Assembly (NCBI GenBank): GCA_963848965.1
Contig: CAWKFG010000004.1
Location: forward strand, 256,001 to 320,000
Direction of reading: 5' to 3'
Length of the DNA stretch: 64,000 nucleotides
From: an uncultured bacterium
GTDB taxonomy: Bacteria > Babelota > Babeliae > Babelales > Babelaceae
This document shows positions 29,262 to 38,506 of the stretch, piece after piece. Positions within the stretch are counted from its first letter, which is position 1. The number at the start of each line of letters is the position of its first letter. Both the position numbers and the translations under genes were made by a program. A model generated the notes under the pieces. The model did not search any database. It was not told where the DNA came from and worked only from the letters and a program-made list of their open reading frames with translations.

Positions 29262-29738
29262 TTATTTTCTCGTCTCTTCAAATCGAGAAACATCAACAAG
29301 CAGATTAAGACCCTTTAAAAAAGAGCCTATTTGATTATCAAGCACGCTAAAGAATTGCTCATCTACCTGTTCTACTACCATAAGAGCTTGCATTAAAAGC
29401 CTTGAGCCTGCTTGCGTAAGCACAAGCGACTTAGCCCGAGGATCATGAGGATGTATCTCTCTTACTATAAGCTTTTTAGCTTCTAGTGTACGCACTACTT
29501 TAGAGGTCATCATAATATCAGTTTTTGCATGTTGAGCAAGCATAACCTGTGTAACAGAAGCATTCATTTTATTAAACCATCCAATACCTGCAAGAAGAAC
29601 AAACTGAACATGCGTTAAAGCAAGAGGCTTTAATGCTTCACTGATTTTTCGTTGCCAGAGGTTACTGACTTGCCAAAATACAAACCCGAGACTTTGCTCG
29701 GGCCGTTCTTTAGAAAATGTTACCTGTTGTCTCTTCAA
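29262..29738 (-). CDS. MarR-family transcriptional regulator
   Basis: LTHVQFVLL, MTSKVVRTLE.K.LI.R..HPHDPRAK.L.LT..G. Confidence 0.92.
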   Translation of the reverse strand: MKRQQVTFSKERPEQSLGFVFWQVSNLWQRKISEALKPLALTHVQFVLLAGIGWFNKMNASVTQVMLAQHAKTDIMMTSKVVRTLEAKKLIVREIHPHDPRAKSLVLTQAGSRLLMQALMVVEQVDEQFFSVLDNQIGSFLKGLNLLVDVSRFEETRK

Positions 29739-30106
29739 CTAAGATCCTCAACTAATTGAAAAGTGTTATTATCAGGATCTACAAATGTTGCCAATTTAAC
29801 ATGACCAGGAATTTCAATAACTCCACCTAAAAATTTTACACCTTTTACTTCTAAATTTTGTTTTGCTTGCTCAATATTATCAACTTTTAGCGTAAGCACT
29901 GTATTACTTCCTGGCCTATGCTGCTCTTTTTCATGTGCACGGGCTACTCCAAGCTTTGCTCCACCTTCTTTTCCTTCAAGCTCAAGCCACCCAAGTTGCT
30001 CATTACTAGTTGTTAACTCAAGTCCTAATGTATCACCAAAAAATTTGCGTGCTTTTTCTAAATCAGAAACGGTGATCCATCCAAGATCAATGCTCTTTAC
30101 CTTCAT
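29735..30106 (-). CDS. VOC/glyoxalase family protein
   Basis: VSDLEKARKFFGDTLGL, VDNIEQA, FVDPDNNTFQL. Confidence 0.9.
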   Translation of the reverse strand: MKVKSIDLGWITVSDLEKARKFFGDTLGLELTTSNEQLGWLELEGKEGGAKLGVARAHEKEQHRPGSNTVLTLKVDNIEQAKQNLEVKGVKFLGGVIEIPGHVKLATFVDPDNNTFQLVEDLS

Positions 30107-30152
30107 AAGACCTCTTCTCTATAAAATGTTAAAATCTCTAACCATGATTATA

Positions 30153-30166
30153 ATAACCGCGGTTAT
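30153..30166. promoter_or_regulatory. Palindromic operator candidate upstream of VOC-marR operon
   Basis: Perfect 14-bp palindrome ATAACCGCGGTTAT about 50 nt upstream of the operon start. Confidence 0.45.
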
Positions 30167-30193
30167 AAATGTCAAGATTATACAACCCATTAT

Positions 30194-30223
30194 AAAAAAA
30201 TCGAGGGCCCTAAGGCCCTCGAT
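30194..30223 (-). terminator. Rho-independent terminator after nucleoside hydrolase
   Basis: ATCGAGGGCC-ctaa-GGCCCTCGAT with adjacent A-run. Confidence 0.85.
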
Positions 30224-30238
30224 AAAAAAGCATGGTAA

Positions 30239-31630
30239 TTAAGAAGCACGCTGAACGTTTGTATATTGATAACATCCAATTGGCTGTCTTAGTGGACACA
30301 ACGCTGAATTAACATCGCTATTGAGAAGCTCAATAATGCGTGTATATATTCTTTCAGCATCGAAAGCTTTAATTACATCTACAGGGTTTCCATTTGGATC
30401 TCGTTGAGTTTTACCAATACTCGTATTAAGTATAGTAGTAATGGTAACTATTTGTTCTGCTTCATTAACATCTGTAGTTATAGAAGCAGGTTGATCTATT
30501 ACTGTGATACCTACACCGTCTTCTCTTTGTGCAATAACTGATCGATCTATTAAAGCAAGCGCAGAGGTAACATCCCAAATAAAGAGATTAGTAAGATTAA
30601 CAGGATCAAACCATGTATCAGCAACTCTATCAAGTAAGAGAGAAACAAAGAGTGCTTCAGGGGTTTGCACTGATGCTCTTAAACGATTTAAAAAGGCTCT
30701 TGTCAAAGGAACAGTATTCGTTGCATCAAAAGGGTCAAGCATAATGTTTATACCAGCATTAGCGAGTATAGTAAACACGCCTTGCGCAGCTTGAGGATCG
30801 AGATAGAAGTTAAACTCAGCAGCAGTATTATAAGGTACGCTAAACAAGTTTCCAGGAACATCAACAGCACCACCCATTTGTCTAAACTGAGCAATATTAT
30901 TAATCACCTCAGCAGGGGCCCCATCAAGTACTTTGAAAGCTCCTGTTAAGCTTCCTGCAGAAAGCAAAGTAACTTTTTCTGGTGATTCAGCAATAATTTT
31001 CCGTATAGTTGCAACGGAAATAACGTCGTCAGAAGTTTCAGGGGTAGCAGTAGGAACAGCTACATAATGACGATTTGATTGAGGAAGAAGATGTGCAATA
31101 CCCCACAAAGTATCTGCAAACAATAGTCCTCCATCTCCAGCAGGAACTGCTGAACGGAAGGTATAATCTGGAGGAGTACCAGAGCGTTCATCAAGTAATG
31201 AATAGAAAGAACCAACGACTACCTGAATATCATTTCTTCCAAGCCAATCAACAATATTAAATACATTTCTAATAGCAGGACCAGAATTAGAAAAAGCATT
31301 TCCTCCAAGATAGATAGCTCTCAAGTTAATATTTTCAGCCTTAAGTAATAAAAATATTGCTATAGTATCATCAAAGTTAGTAGCATCTGAAAAATAAACG
31401 ACTGGTGTTCTCGGTACCGCTGGATTAGGACAGAACCGAGTACAAACTTTGCGGCGAATAGCCTCTGTAAATGGGTTGTTACCACTTGCAGCACAATCAA
31501 AAATTGCCGCTTGATCTGATCCCGCTTGCCTATTACAGTTTGACCGGACCCTACCTGCTGTACAATCTATTCCTAGAGCAAGCATAAACCCCAAAAGGGC
31601 TGTGAAAATTTTTTGTATTGGTAACTTCAT
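30239..31630 (-). CDS. Exported nucleoside hydrolase (IUNH family)
   Basis: Signal peptide; DATNFDDTIA, MGGAVDVPGN, AEFNFYLDPQAA, PFDATN, FIWD. Confidence 0.88.
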   Translation of the reverse strand: MKLPIQKIFTALLGFMLALGIDCTAGRVRSNCNRQAGSDQAAIFDCAASGNNPFTEAIRRKVCTRFCPNPAVPRTPVVYFSDATNFDDTIAIFLLLKAENINLRAIYLGGNAFSNSGPAIRNVFNIVDWLGRNDIQVVVGSFYSLLDERSGTPPDYTFRSAVPAGDGGLLFADTLWGIAHLLPQSNRHYVAVPTATPETSDDVISVATIRKIIAESPEKVTLLSAGSLTGAFKVLDGAPAEVINNIAQFRQMGGAVDVPGNLFSVPYNTAAEFNFYLDPQAAQGVFTILANAGINIMLDPFDATNTVPLTRAFLNRLRASVQTPEALFVSLLLDRVADTWFDPVNLTNLFIWDVTSALALIDRSVIAQREDGVGITVIDQPASITTDVNEAEQIVTITTILNTSIGKTQRDPNGNPVDVIKAFDAERIYTRIIELLNSDVNSALCPLRQPIGCYQYTNVQRAS

Positions 31631-31955
31631 AAATAACTCCTTTAGTAAAGCCTTAATAATAAGCTTAAATTATAGTAACTATGAGTATAAACAAACCTAT
31701 ACCACTCATTTAAGCGCTTATTGAACTAGGTTAACTTTTTACTGCTATACGAGAGATAGACTATACTTTTGCTTCGACACCCTCCTTTTTCAAGTGGTCA
31801 ACTGTTGTTCTCTGTTTTATAACAAAAACCATAAAAATGCAAATATTTAGTCAACTAAATGTAAAATAGTTTTGCTTCAAATAACAAGTTAGTGTAAAAT
31901 AAAAAAAATAGAGGTGGTTTTATACGCTATTCTAGGGCTTTAGGATTTAAAAAAT

Positions 31956-32870
31956 ATGGTACATAAAAATTTGCTCTGTGCTATTGGTAACACTCCGTTA
32001 GTAGGTATTAATTTTGAAACTCCTGCACGTATACATGCAAAGCTTGAGTATTTAAATCCTGGTGGCAGCGTTAAAGACCGGTCTGCTCTTTATATGATTG
32101 AAGAAGCAGAACAGCTTGGCATCTTAAAGCCTGGTGGAACACTCATTGAAGCATCTTCTGGAAATCAGGGAATAGCTACTGCTATGATCGGTGCAGTAAA
32201 GGGATATAAAGTTATTATCACCGTCTTTGAAAAGATAAGTTTAGAAAAATACCAAACAATTAAAGCGTATGGCGCTGAAGTTATTAAGTGTCCTGCAACT
32301 CAGTTTGTTGACGATCCACTCAGTTATCATAGCCAAGCAGTACAGATACATAAAAATACCCCAAATTCCTTTATGTTAAATCAGTATATGAATGTTTCTA
32401 ATGCCTATGCTCACTATCATATGCTAGGGCCTGAAATTTGGAAACAAACTGAAGGAAAAATTACTCACTTTTTTGCTGCTGCCGGTACAGGTGGCACTAT
32501 CAGTGGCGTTGGACGCTATCTTAAAGAACAAAACCCTTCAGTTAAAATAATAGCAGTAGATTCAGCTCACTCTTTTAGAGCAACTAAGGGAAATCCAAAA
32601 CCTTACAAACTTGAAGGTATTGGTGTAGACTTCAGTTCACCGGTTCTTAACCAATCAGTTATCGACGAGTATCTGTGCGTTACTGATGAAGAAGCTCTCA
32701 GTGCTTTAAAGCCTATGGCATCTAAGCATGGTCTTTTAATTGGACTTAGCAGCGGCGCAGTTGCTTATGCAGCTGAACAGTATGCAAAAACAATGGGACC
32801 TCAAGACTTTGGCATTATGGTTTTTGGAGATTCAGGCAGAGCATACCTTACTAAAGGATTTTACGATTAA
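31956..32870 (+). CDS. cysK: PLP-dependent cysteine synthase / cystathionine beta-synthase family
   Basis: IGNTPL, KLEYLNPGGSVKDR, SSGNQG, GTGGTISG, EGIG. Confidence 0.88.
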   Translation: MVHKNLLCAIGNTPLVGINFETPARIHAKLEYLNPGGSVKDRSALYMIEEAEQLGILKPGGTLIEASSGNQGIATAMIGAVKGYKVIITVFEKISLEKYQTIKAYGAEVIKCPATQFVDDPLSYHSQAVQIHKNTPNSFMLNQYMNVSNAYAHYHMLGPEIWKQTEGKITHFFAAAGTGGTISGVGRYLKEQNPSVKIIAVDSAHSFRATKGNPKPYKLEGIGVDFSSPVLNQSVIDEYLCVTDEEALSALKPMASKHGLLIGLSSGAVAYAAEQYAKTMGPQDFGIMVFGDSGRAYLTKGFYD

Positions 32871-32881
32871 CAAGAAATAAA

Positions 32882-33171
32882 GCACTCCAGTACAACGATA
32901 AACATACTTTACTGAATAACGCCGGGCTAAAGGGGGTTCGGGAGTTACTGGCATTATCAGCAGAGCTCCGTAAGACTTTCAGTGAGCACGCACGTATAAC
33001 TCTGTCTCTAGTAAAAATCACCGTAAATCCTCTTATTTATAGGAGAGAACATGAGTGTTGTCACCTGTGACTTGATAGTCTTGCTCTTCTCATCCTTTTA
33101 GTCTTGGTATATATAAGAGCTACGAAGCTATTCTATGAGCTGTTAACAACATTAAAATGTGTACTGAGTGC
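32882..33171 (-). ncRNA. Unidentified structured RNA candidate (~290 nt)
   Basis: Ends pair (GCACTC-AGTAC..GTACT-G-GAGTGC); several internal stems; one long helix needs G-U pairs that favour the minus strand; no long ORF. Confidence 0.45.
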
Positions 33172-33287
33172 ATTTAAAGTAGTACTTTAGCTTCACAACC
33201 TGTGCTTGCATTAATTGACAATAAAAATATATGCATTACTATTATAAAAGTTTATAAAAATTAAAAAGTTCTTTATTTGGGGAATAC

Positions 33288-34940
33288 ATGAAAATTCTTT
33301 TTTCTTTTTGTTCTTTATTATTCTTTAGCTTTCTGTGCATTACTACCAACTTCATGCTTGGTATGGAGAAAGAAAAAGTAAAACCAAAAACTGCTCCTCC
33401 ATTACGAGCACAGTGTATCAATTATTGTACCAAGAACATCGCTCATTATCTACCACAACTCTTAAGCACACAAATACCAAGTGATATCTCATGTGAAGTA
33501 CTTAACTCACTTACAAAAGAAGAGCTTGAAAAGCATAAAAATACTGTATGGCAGATTATTAATAGCCCGGATGCATCATTAGAAGTTGCATGCTATCTAG
33601 TGCTTACAAAATACCCGCACTTTAATGTTCCAACTTTAAAGCTTTATGAGCGCATTAATACTCTTATACAGAATAAAGATCATATACCTCATTCTGCCTT
33701 AGAGCTTTTAGCTCATGCTTTTAAGCCTCAAGATATTTGTGATAGGTCATTTTTTGAGCTTATTCCTCAAGCACTAGCTAACCACCCACAAGCACAACTT
33801 TTTATTCAAAAGCTGTTTCAAGTACATCACGAAAATAGCGCATTTTCGTTTTCACTCAAACCTTCTTCAATGAGTCCTTGTCAGTCTATAGTTGGAAAAT
33901 CTGAAAAAAAAGAAGTCTATAAAGCGGTGGTAAAAAATAGAATGACAACAGGCAGAGTACTTTTACCAACAAGACACAAAATATATAATACTGCAGGAGT
34001 ATGTGTAGCAATGCTTGAAGATGACTCAATAGCAACTAATGGTGAAACCCAGTTTTTGGCTACGGTAAGCCCAGATGGGAAGTTTGCAGCACTTGTAACA
34101 CCTCTTAAGGGAATTCGCATCTATAGAGTACATGACTCTCAACATATTCTTACCCTTCATTTTGAAGAATTACATCGCTATATACCACTGATTACTCATA
34201 TAGCATTTGATAAAGACCTCACACACTTTCATTTTACCATCTCAAATAGTAAACAAGCTAAATATATAGAATATCTTCTTCCTCAAGCCTACTTTAAGCA
34301 AGAGCTTACGCTCGAGCAGCTTATCTATCTTATGATTCTTCACTATTATCTTCATGGTAACAAAAGCCATAGTATTCCATTTTTTGAAAAAATTAAACGA
34401 GTAGCCGCTGGCAGAGCTCTTATTGCTGCTCATAAATTAAAGAAGACAGAAATTCTTGAAAGCTTTAAAGATGGTGACTATTCACTCGCTTCAGATGAAT
34501 TAGCAAGACTTACCCAAGCAGGTAAAGCATCTCAAAAATCAATGCTCAACCATTCTTTTATAAGCCAAATTTCTGAGCAGCAGCTTGAGACTGCTTATAA
34601 AAATAGCAATGAGTTTATTTTTGCATTAAAGTCTTACTTTATGACAGATAATCTTGAAAGTTTACCAGCAGACTTAGCTGCAATACCTTCCCTACGACTA
34701 CAAAAGAAGATTTCTAAAGCGCTCCTAAAGACAATAAAGGAAATAGACTCAGAAAAAGATCTATCTACCTATAAATTGGTCTACAGTCAGAAAGATCACA
34801 AGGATAAAATAACAGAATACACGCGTGAGATTGTAACAGCATTTCTTTCTTTACGCAGTAAGATCTCTCAAGCACAGCTACAAGAAACACTCTGTTCTCT
34901 TGCTCGAACCTGCCTTGATCAGTATCTTATGTATCAATAA
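33288..34940 (+). CDS. Exported hypothetical protein
   Basis: Signal peptide ending LG-ME; WD40-like fragment VSPDGKFAALV; possible N-terminal BC-box-like motif. Confidence 0.7.
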   Translation: MKILFSFCSLLFFSFLCITTNFMLGMEKEKVKPKTAPPLRAQCINYCTKNIAHYLPQLLSTQIPSDISCEVLNSLTKEELEKHKNTVWQIINSPDASLEVACYLVLTKYPHFNVPTLKLYERINTLIQNKDHIPHSALELLAHAFKPQDICDRSFFELIPQALANHPQAQLFIQKLFQVHHENSAFSFSLKPSSMSPCQSIVGKSEKKEVYKAVVKNRMTTGRVLLPTRHKIYNTAGVCVAMLEDDSIATNGETQFLATVSPDGKFAALVTPLKGIRIYRVHDSQHILTLHFEELHRYIPLITHIAFDKDLTHFHFTISNSKQAKYIEYLLPQAYFKQELTLEQLIYLMILHYYLHGNKSHSIPFFEKIKRVAAGRALIAAHKLKKTEILESFKDGDYSLASDELARLTQAGKASQKSMLNHSFISQISEQQLETAYKNSNEFIFALKSYFMTDNLESLPADLAAIPSLRLQKKISKALLKTIKEIDSEKDLSTYKLVYSQKDHKDKITEYTREIVTAFLSLRSKISQAQLQETLCSLARTCLDQYLMYQ

Positions 34941-34948
34941 CTACTACA

Positions 34949-34975
34949 AAGAGGCTTGTATATAACAAGCCTCTT
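34949..34975. terminator. Terminator between convergent genes
   Basis: AAGAGGCTTGT-atata-ACAAGCCTCTT. Confidence 0.8.
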
Positions 34976-35004
34976 CATTTCTTGAAAACTTTTATACAAG
35001 AGCA

Positions 35005-36033
35005 TTATAGTTCTGATTCTGCAAGCACTTCTTCTATAAGAAGCTTAATTTCTTGATTTTGGTCAGGCACAATACGCTCACCAACCTTAAGCACAGAAAG
35101 CTTTTTATCGTATAATCTTTGGTTTGTCCACCAAGAGATAAGTCGCTTATACGGAAGATCAAATGCATCAACACCAAAGTAATAGGTTCCCCAATGCATA
35201 GGAATAAAGTGATAAGCACCTAAATCTAAGAAAGCTTGTCCTGCTTCTTCTGCACTAACATGCACATAGCTCATAGCAGCACGTGGCTCACAAGGTCCTA
35301 TAGGCATTAAGGCAATATCAATAGAAGAAAATTCTTCACCTATTGCCTTAAAATGCGGAGCATAAGCAGTGTCTCCTGCAAAATAAACACGCTTATCATA
35401 GCATTCAATCATCCAGCTACCCCAAAGCGATGTATTAAAGTCAAGGATACTGCGCTGCGACCAATGAAAAGCAGGAAGAAATGTTAATTTCAATGGTATT
35501 CCTGTAGTACACAGATACGCATCCCACCACATATGCTCTTTTACGTTTTTTATACCTCTTTGTATAAACCATTCTGCATCACCTTGCGGGACTAAGAATG
35601 TGATATCTGGATTGTACTTAAAAAGCGCTTTTAATGTAGCACTATCCATATGATCACGATGATTATGAGAAATAAGAACAAAATCAATAGGAGGAAGGTT
35701 CTGGAATGCAATACCAGGAGGAGCAATACGCTTAAATAATGGCAGATTGCCAAAAATAGGATCAGTTAAAATATTATAGCCCCCTATCTGAATAAGAAAT
35801 GTTGAATGTCCTATCCAGGTAAGAGCAAGCTCCTGACTTCTCTCTAAAGGTTCACAAGAGCTACACCACACTTCTATTTCTTCTTTACGAGCTCTTACAC
35901 CTTTTATATAACATGTAAGCATCATACGTAAAGATGAAAAAAGAAAGTGATGCTTCTTTTCACCAGCATAATTATAGAAGCGCCCTTTAGAAAAAGCAGG
36001 AAACATTCTTTGTTTTTTATCAAATTGTGTCAT
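35005..36033 (-). CDS. MBL-fold hydrolase (NAPE-PLD/RomA-like)
   Basis: TWIGHST, LTDP, SHNHRDHMD, HWSQR, FAGDTAY, PMHWGT. Confidence 0.9.
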   Translation of the reverse strand: MTQFDKKQRMFPAFSKGRFYNYAGEKKHHFLFSSLRMMLTCYIKGVRARKEEIEVWCSSCEPLERSQELALTWIGHSTFLIQIGGYNILTDPIFGNLPLFKRIAPPGIAFQNLPPIDFVLISHNHRDHMDSATLKALFKYNPDITFLVPQGDAEWFIQRGIKNVKEHMWWDAYLCTTGIPLKLTFLPAFHWSQRSILDFNTSLWGSWMIECYDKRVYFAGDTAYAPHFKAIGEEFSSIDIALMPIGPCEPRAAMSYVHVSAEEAGQAFLDLGAYHFIPMHWGTYYFGVDAFDLPYKRLISWWTNQRLYDKKLSVLKVGERIVPDQNQEIKLLIEEVLAESEL

Positions 36034-36311
36034 AGGTCAAGCAAATGACCCCCGTCCAGACTTTAGGTCACGGACAGGGGAAATGGAGGTTATCTATACT
36101 GATTATACACTTATAGTGTACAACAAATTTTAGAAAAATCAAAAAGTTTTTTAAACATTTTATTTTTTAATTACATATTTTATACCATTATTATATACTA
36201 TAATTTCAAATATAGCAAATTATTTCTTGCGACGCCTAAGAACCAAACCTTTTCAAAAAGCATCTCAAAACATTTAATAAATAAAGCTACATACTATAAT
36301 GCTCTATCTAG

Positions 36312-36974
36312 TCAACGAACAAGCTTTAAAAGGTCTATATCTGCATATCCTTCCACGACATGATCTGAATGCTTGACCTGTTCATAGCTTTTTGAAGTAT
36401 TTATACCAATGCAATACATACCTGCGTTTTTAGCAGCTTGAATACCATGGGCAGAATCCTCTATTACTATACACTCAGATGGCTTAAGTTCTAACTTTTC
36501 TGCAGTATATAAATAAATAGCAGGATCTGGCTTTGGTACATAGCCAACATGAGCAATATTGTAGATATGCTCACCAAAAAAATGTTGAAGAGGAAGAGCT
36601 TCTTTTGCTATAGCAAATGTATAATCATCTGCATTAGTTGCAACACCCATTTTAAGATTATGGTGCTTTACCTGAGTATGAAAGGCTTCAAATCCTTCAA
36701 TAAACTCGATACCCTCTTTATAAAGCAGTGATGCCATAGCAGCTTTCTCTTTTATAAGATCTTCAACAGTATCCGGTAAATTGAGAAGCTCTTTAATAAC
36801 ATGACATGCACGATCAAGAGCTAATCCATGAACACGTTTTTTAAGCTCTTGCTCTAGCTCTTGAGAGAAGACAATACCCTTGCTTTCAATAAGATCCTTA
36901 TTGACCTGCGACCAGATAGGAGAGGTGTTAATGATTGTACCATCCATATCAAAAATAATAGCTTTGTATTTCAT
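36312..36974 (-). CDS. HAD-family phosphatase (beta-PGM/CbbY-like)
   Basis: IFDMDGT, ATN, KPDPAIY, IEDSAHGIQAA. Confidence 0.92.
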   Translation of the reverse strand: MKYKAIIFDMDGTIINTSPIWSQVNKDLIESKGIVFSQELEQELKKRVHGLALDRACHVIKELLNLPDTVEDLIKEKAAMASLLYKEGIEFIEGFEAFHTQVKHHNLKMGVATNADDYTFAIAKEALPLQHFFGEHIYNIAHVGYVPKPDPAIYLYTAEKLELKPSECIVIEDSAHGIQAAKNAGMYCIGINTSKSYEQVKHSDHVVEGYADIDLLKLVR

Positions 36975-37090
36975 GAAGACCATCGAAAAAAAATATGTTA
37001 TACTACTTATAATAGGCTCTTAGACAGTATATACTTTTTTTGCTCTAAGGTAAAACTTTCATTGTCGCTATAGATCTAGAGGAGTTATTT

Positions 37091-37735
37091 ATGAAGCATT
37101 CTTTTATGCGCCGTATTGCCGAAATAGGGGCTACTTTTAGCTGTGAGGTATTAAAATTTATTAAAATCAGCTTTGTTGTAGGATCTACAAAAGGAATGTT
37201 TTTTTCACTTTCTCAATGCTTATCACCTTTATTAGGATGGTATGGAGGTTCACACTCTGCCATAGCTGCCTTTGGTCTTCGTACCTTTTATGCATTCTGT
37301 ACAGGCTTTGGTTTTTATGCTGGTGCACTCTATCATATTCCTAGTTTTTGTGGCGCACTCTACCTGTCATCACGCTCAAAAGGTATGCGCATAGTACTGC
37401 CTCTTACCTGTATAGCATTGTTTCTTGCGCATCCTCTAGGCAGAGCTGCTTTGCCTTATGCTCTTTATTGGCTTATTCCTGCAGCAGTACCATTTTTGCC
37501 GCAATCCTTCTTTATGCAAGCACTTGGTACAACGTTTGTTATGCATGGAGTAGGCTCCGTTATATGGCTCTATACTCGTAACCTTGATGCATCTATTTGG
37601 AATGCGCTCACAAGCATTGTATGGGCAGAAAGAATCGTCTATGCCGCATGTATGACAGGAGCATACTACGCTATAAACACTCTATGTACATATGCTCCTG
37701 TACTTAAAAAGCGCTATCAAGCACTTTATTCTTAA
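37091..37735 (+). CDS. Integral membrane protein, ECF S-component-like
   Basis: About 6 hydrophobic segments; FSLSQCLSPLLG, FLAHPLG, LGTTFVMHGVGS. Confidence 0.5.
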   Translation: MKHSFMRRIAEIGATFSCEVLKFIKISFVVGSTKGMFFSLSQCLSPLLGWYGGSHSAIAAFGLRTFYAFCTGFGFYAGALYHIPSFCGALYLSSRSKGMRIVLPLTCIALFLAHPLGRAALPYALYWLIPAAVPFLPQSFFMQALGTTFVMHGVGSVIWLYTRNLDASIWNALTSIVWAERIVYAACMTGAYYAINTLCTYAPVLKKRYQALYS

Positions 37736-37756
37736 CCATACATAAGGGGCATAGGC

Positions 37757-38506
37757 ATGATACATCGATTAAGTAGTTTCTTTTCTTCTTTTCGCTCAAA
37801 AAATCAGATAGAGCCGGTTTCTGTTAATCATCTTGCACTTATTATGGACGGGAATCGGCGATGGGCACAAAAAAGAAATCTTGTAGGAGCACTCGGACAT
37901 AAAAGAGGTACTGACACCGTAAGGCAGCTTATTGAGTTCTGCATCGAGCGCAAAATAGGTATTGTTTCAGTATATACCTTTTCTCTTGAGAATTTTAATA
38001 GACCGCAAGAAGAAATTGAAGCTCTTTTTGAGCTTATGATCCAAGAATCTCAAGAGACCTTACCCGACCTTATTAAAAACGGTGTTAAAGTCTCTTTCAT
38101 CGGTGATAAAGACTATTTTCCTTCTCATGTAATTTCGACTATTGAGCACATTGAGCAGAGTACAAAAGAGCTTAATAAGCTTCAATTCAATATACTCTTC
38201 TGCTATGGAGGACGCCAAGAGATAGTTGCTGCTATTAAAAATATTATTCAAGATGTAAAATCTGGTGTTCTTCAAGATCCATTAACAAATGAAATTTTTG
38301 AAACCTACTTGTGGAGCAGCAAATTACCAGATCCAGATTTAATTATTCGTACAGGCGGCGCAAAAAGACTGAGCAACTTTCTTTTATATAAAGCAGCATA
38401 CAGCGAACTTTATTTTACAGATCAATTATGGCCCGATTTAACTAAAAAAGATCTTGAAGAAGCCTTACAAGATTTTTCTATGCGCAAGAGAAACTATGGG
38501 ATCTAA
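37757..38506 (+). CDS. uppS: Undecaprenyl diphosphate synthase
   Basis: HLALIMDGNRRWA, YTFSLENFNR, YGGRQEI, PDLIIRTGG..RLSNFL. Confidence 0.96.
   Translation: MIHRLSSFFSSFRSKNQIEPVSVNHLALIMDGNRRWAQKRNLVGALGHKRGTDTVRQLIEFCIERKIGIVSVYTFSLENFNRPQEEIEALFELMIQESQETLPDLIKNGVKVSFIGDKDYFPSHVISTIEHIEQSTKELNKLQFNILFCYGGRQEIVAAIKNIIQDVKSGVLQDPLTNEIFETYLWSSKLPDPDLIIRTGGAKRLSNFLLYKAAYSELYFTDQLWPDLTKKDLEEALQDFSMRKRNYGI

Noticed and set aside
31680..31800. Purine riboswitch upstream of nucleoside hydrolase
   Set aside because: Only CTCGTATA and TAAAT fragments match; the P2/P3 stems and the UUUCUACC core are absent.
32882..33171. tmRNA, large SRP RNA or IscB omega-RNA assignment
   Set aside because: A short minus-strand frame (GDNTHVLSYK-stop) and the GCCGGGCTAAAG segment are suggestive, but there are no tRNA-like ends, no SRP domain IV motif and no adjacent IscB/TnpB gene.
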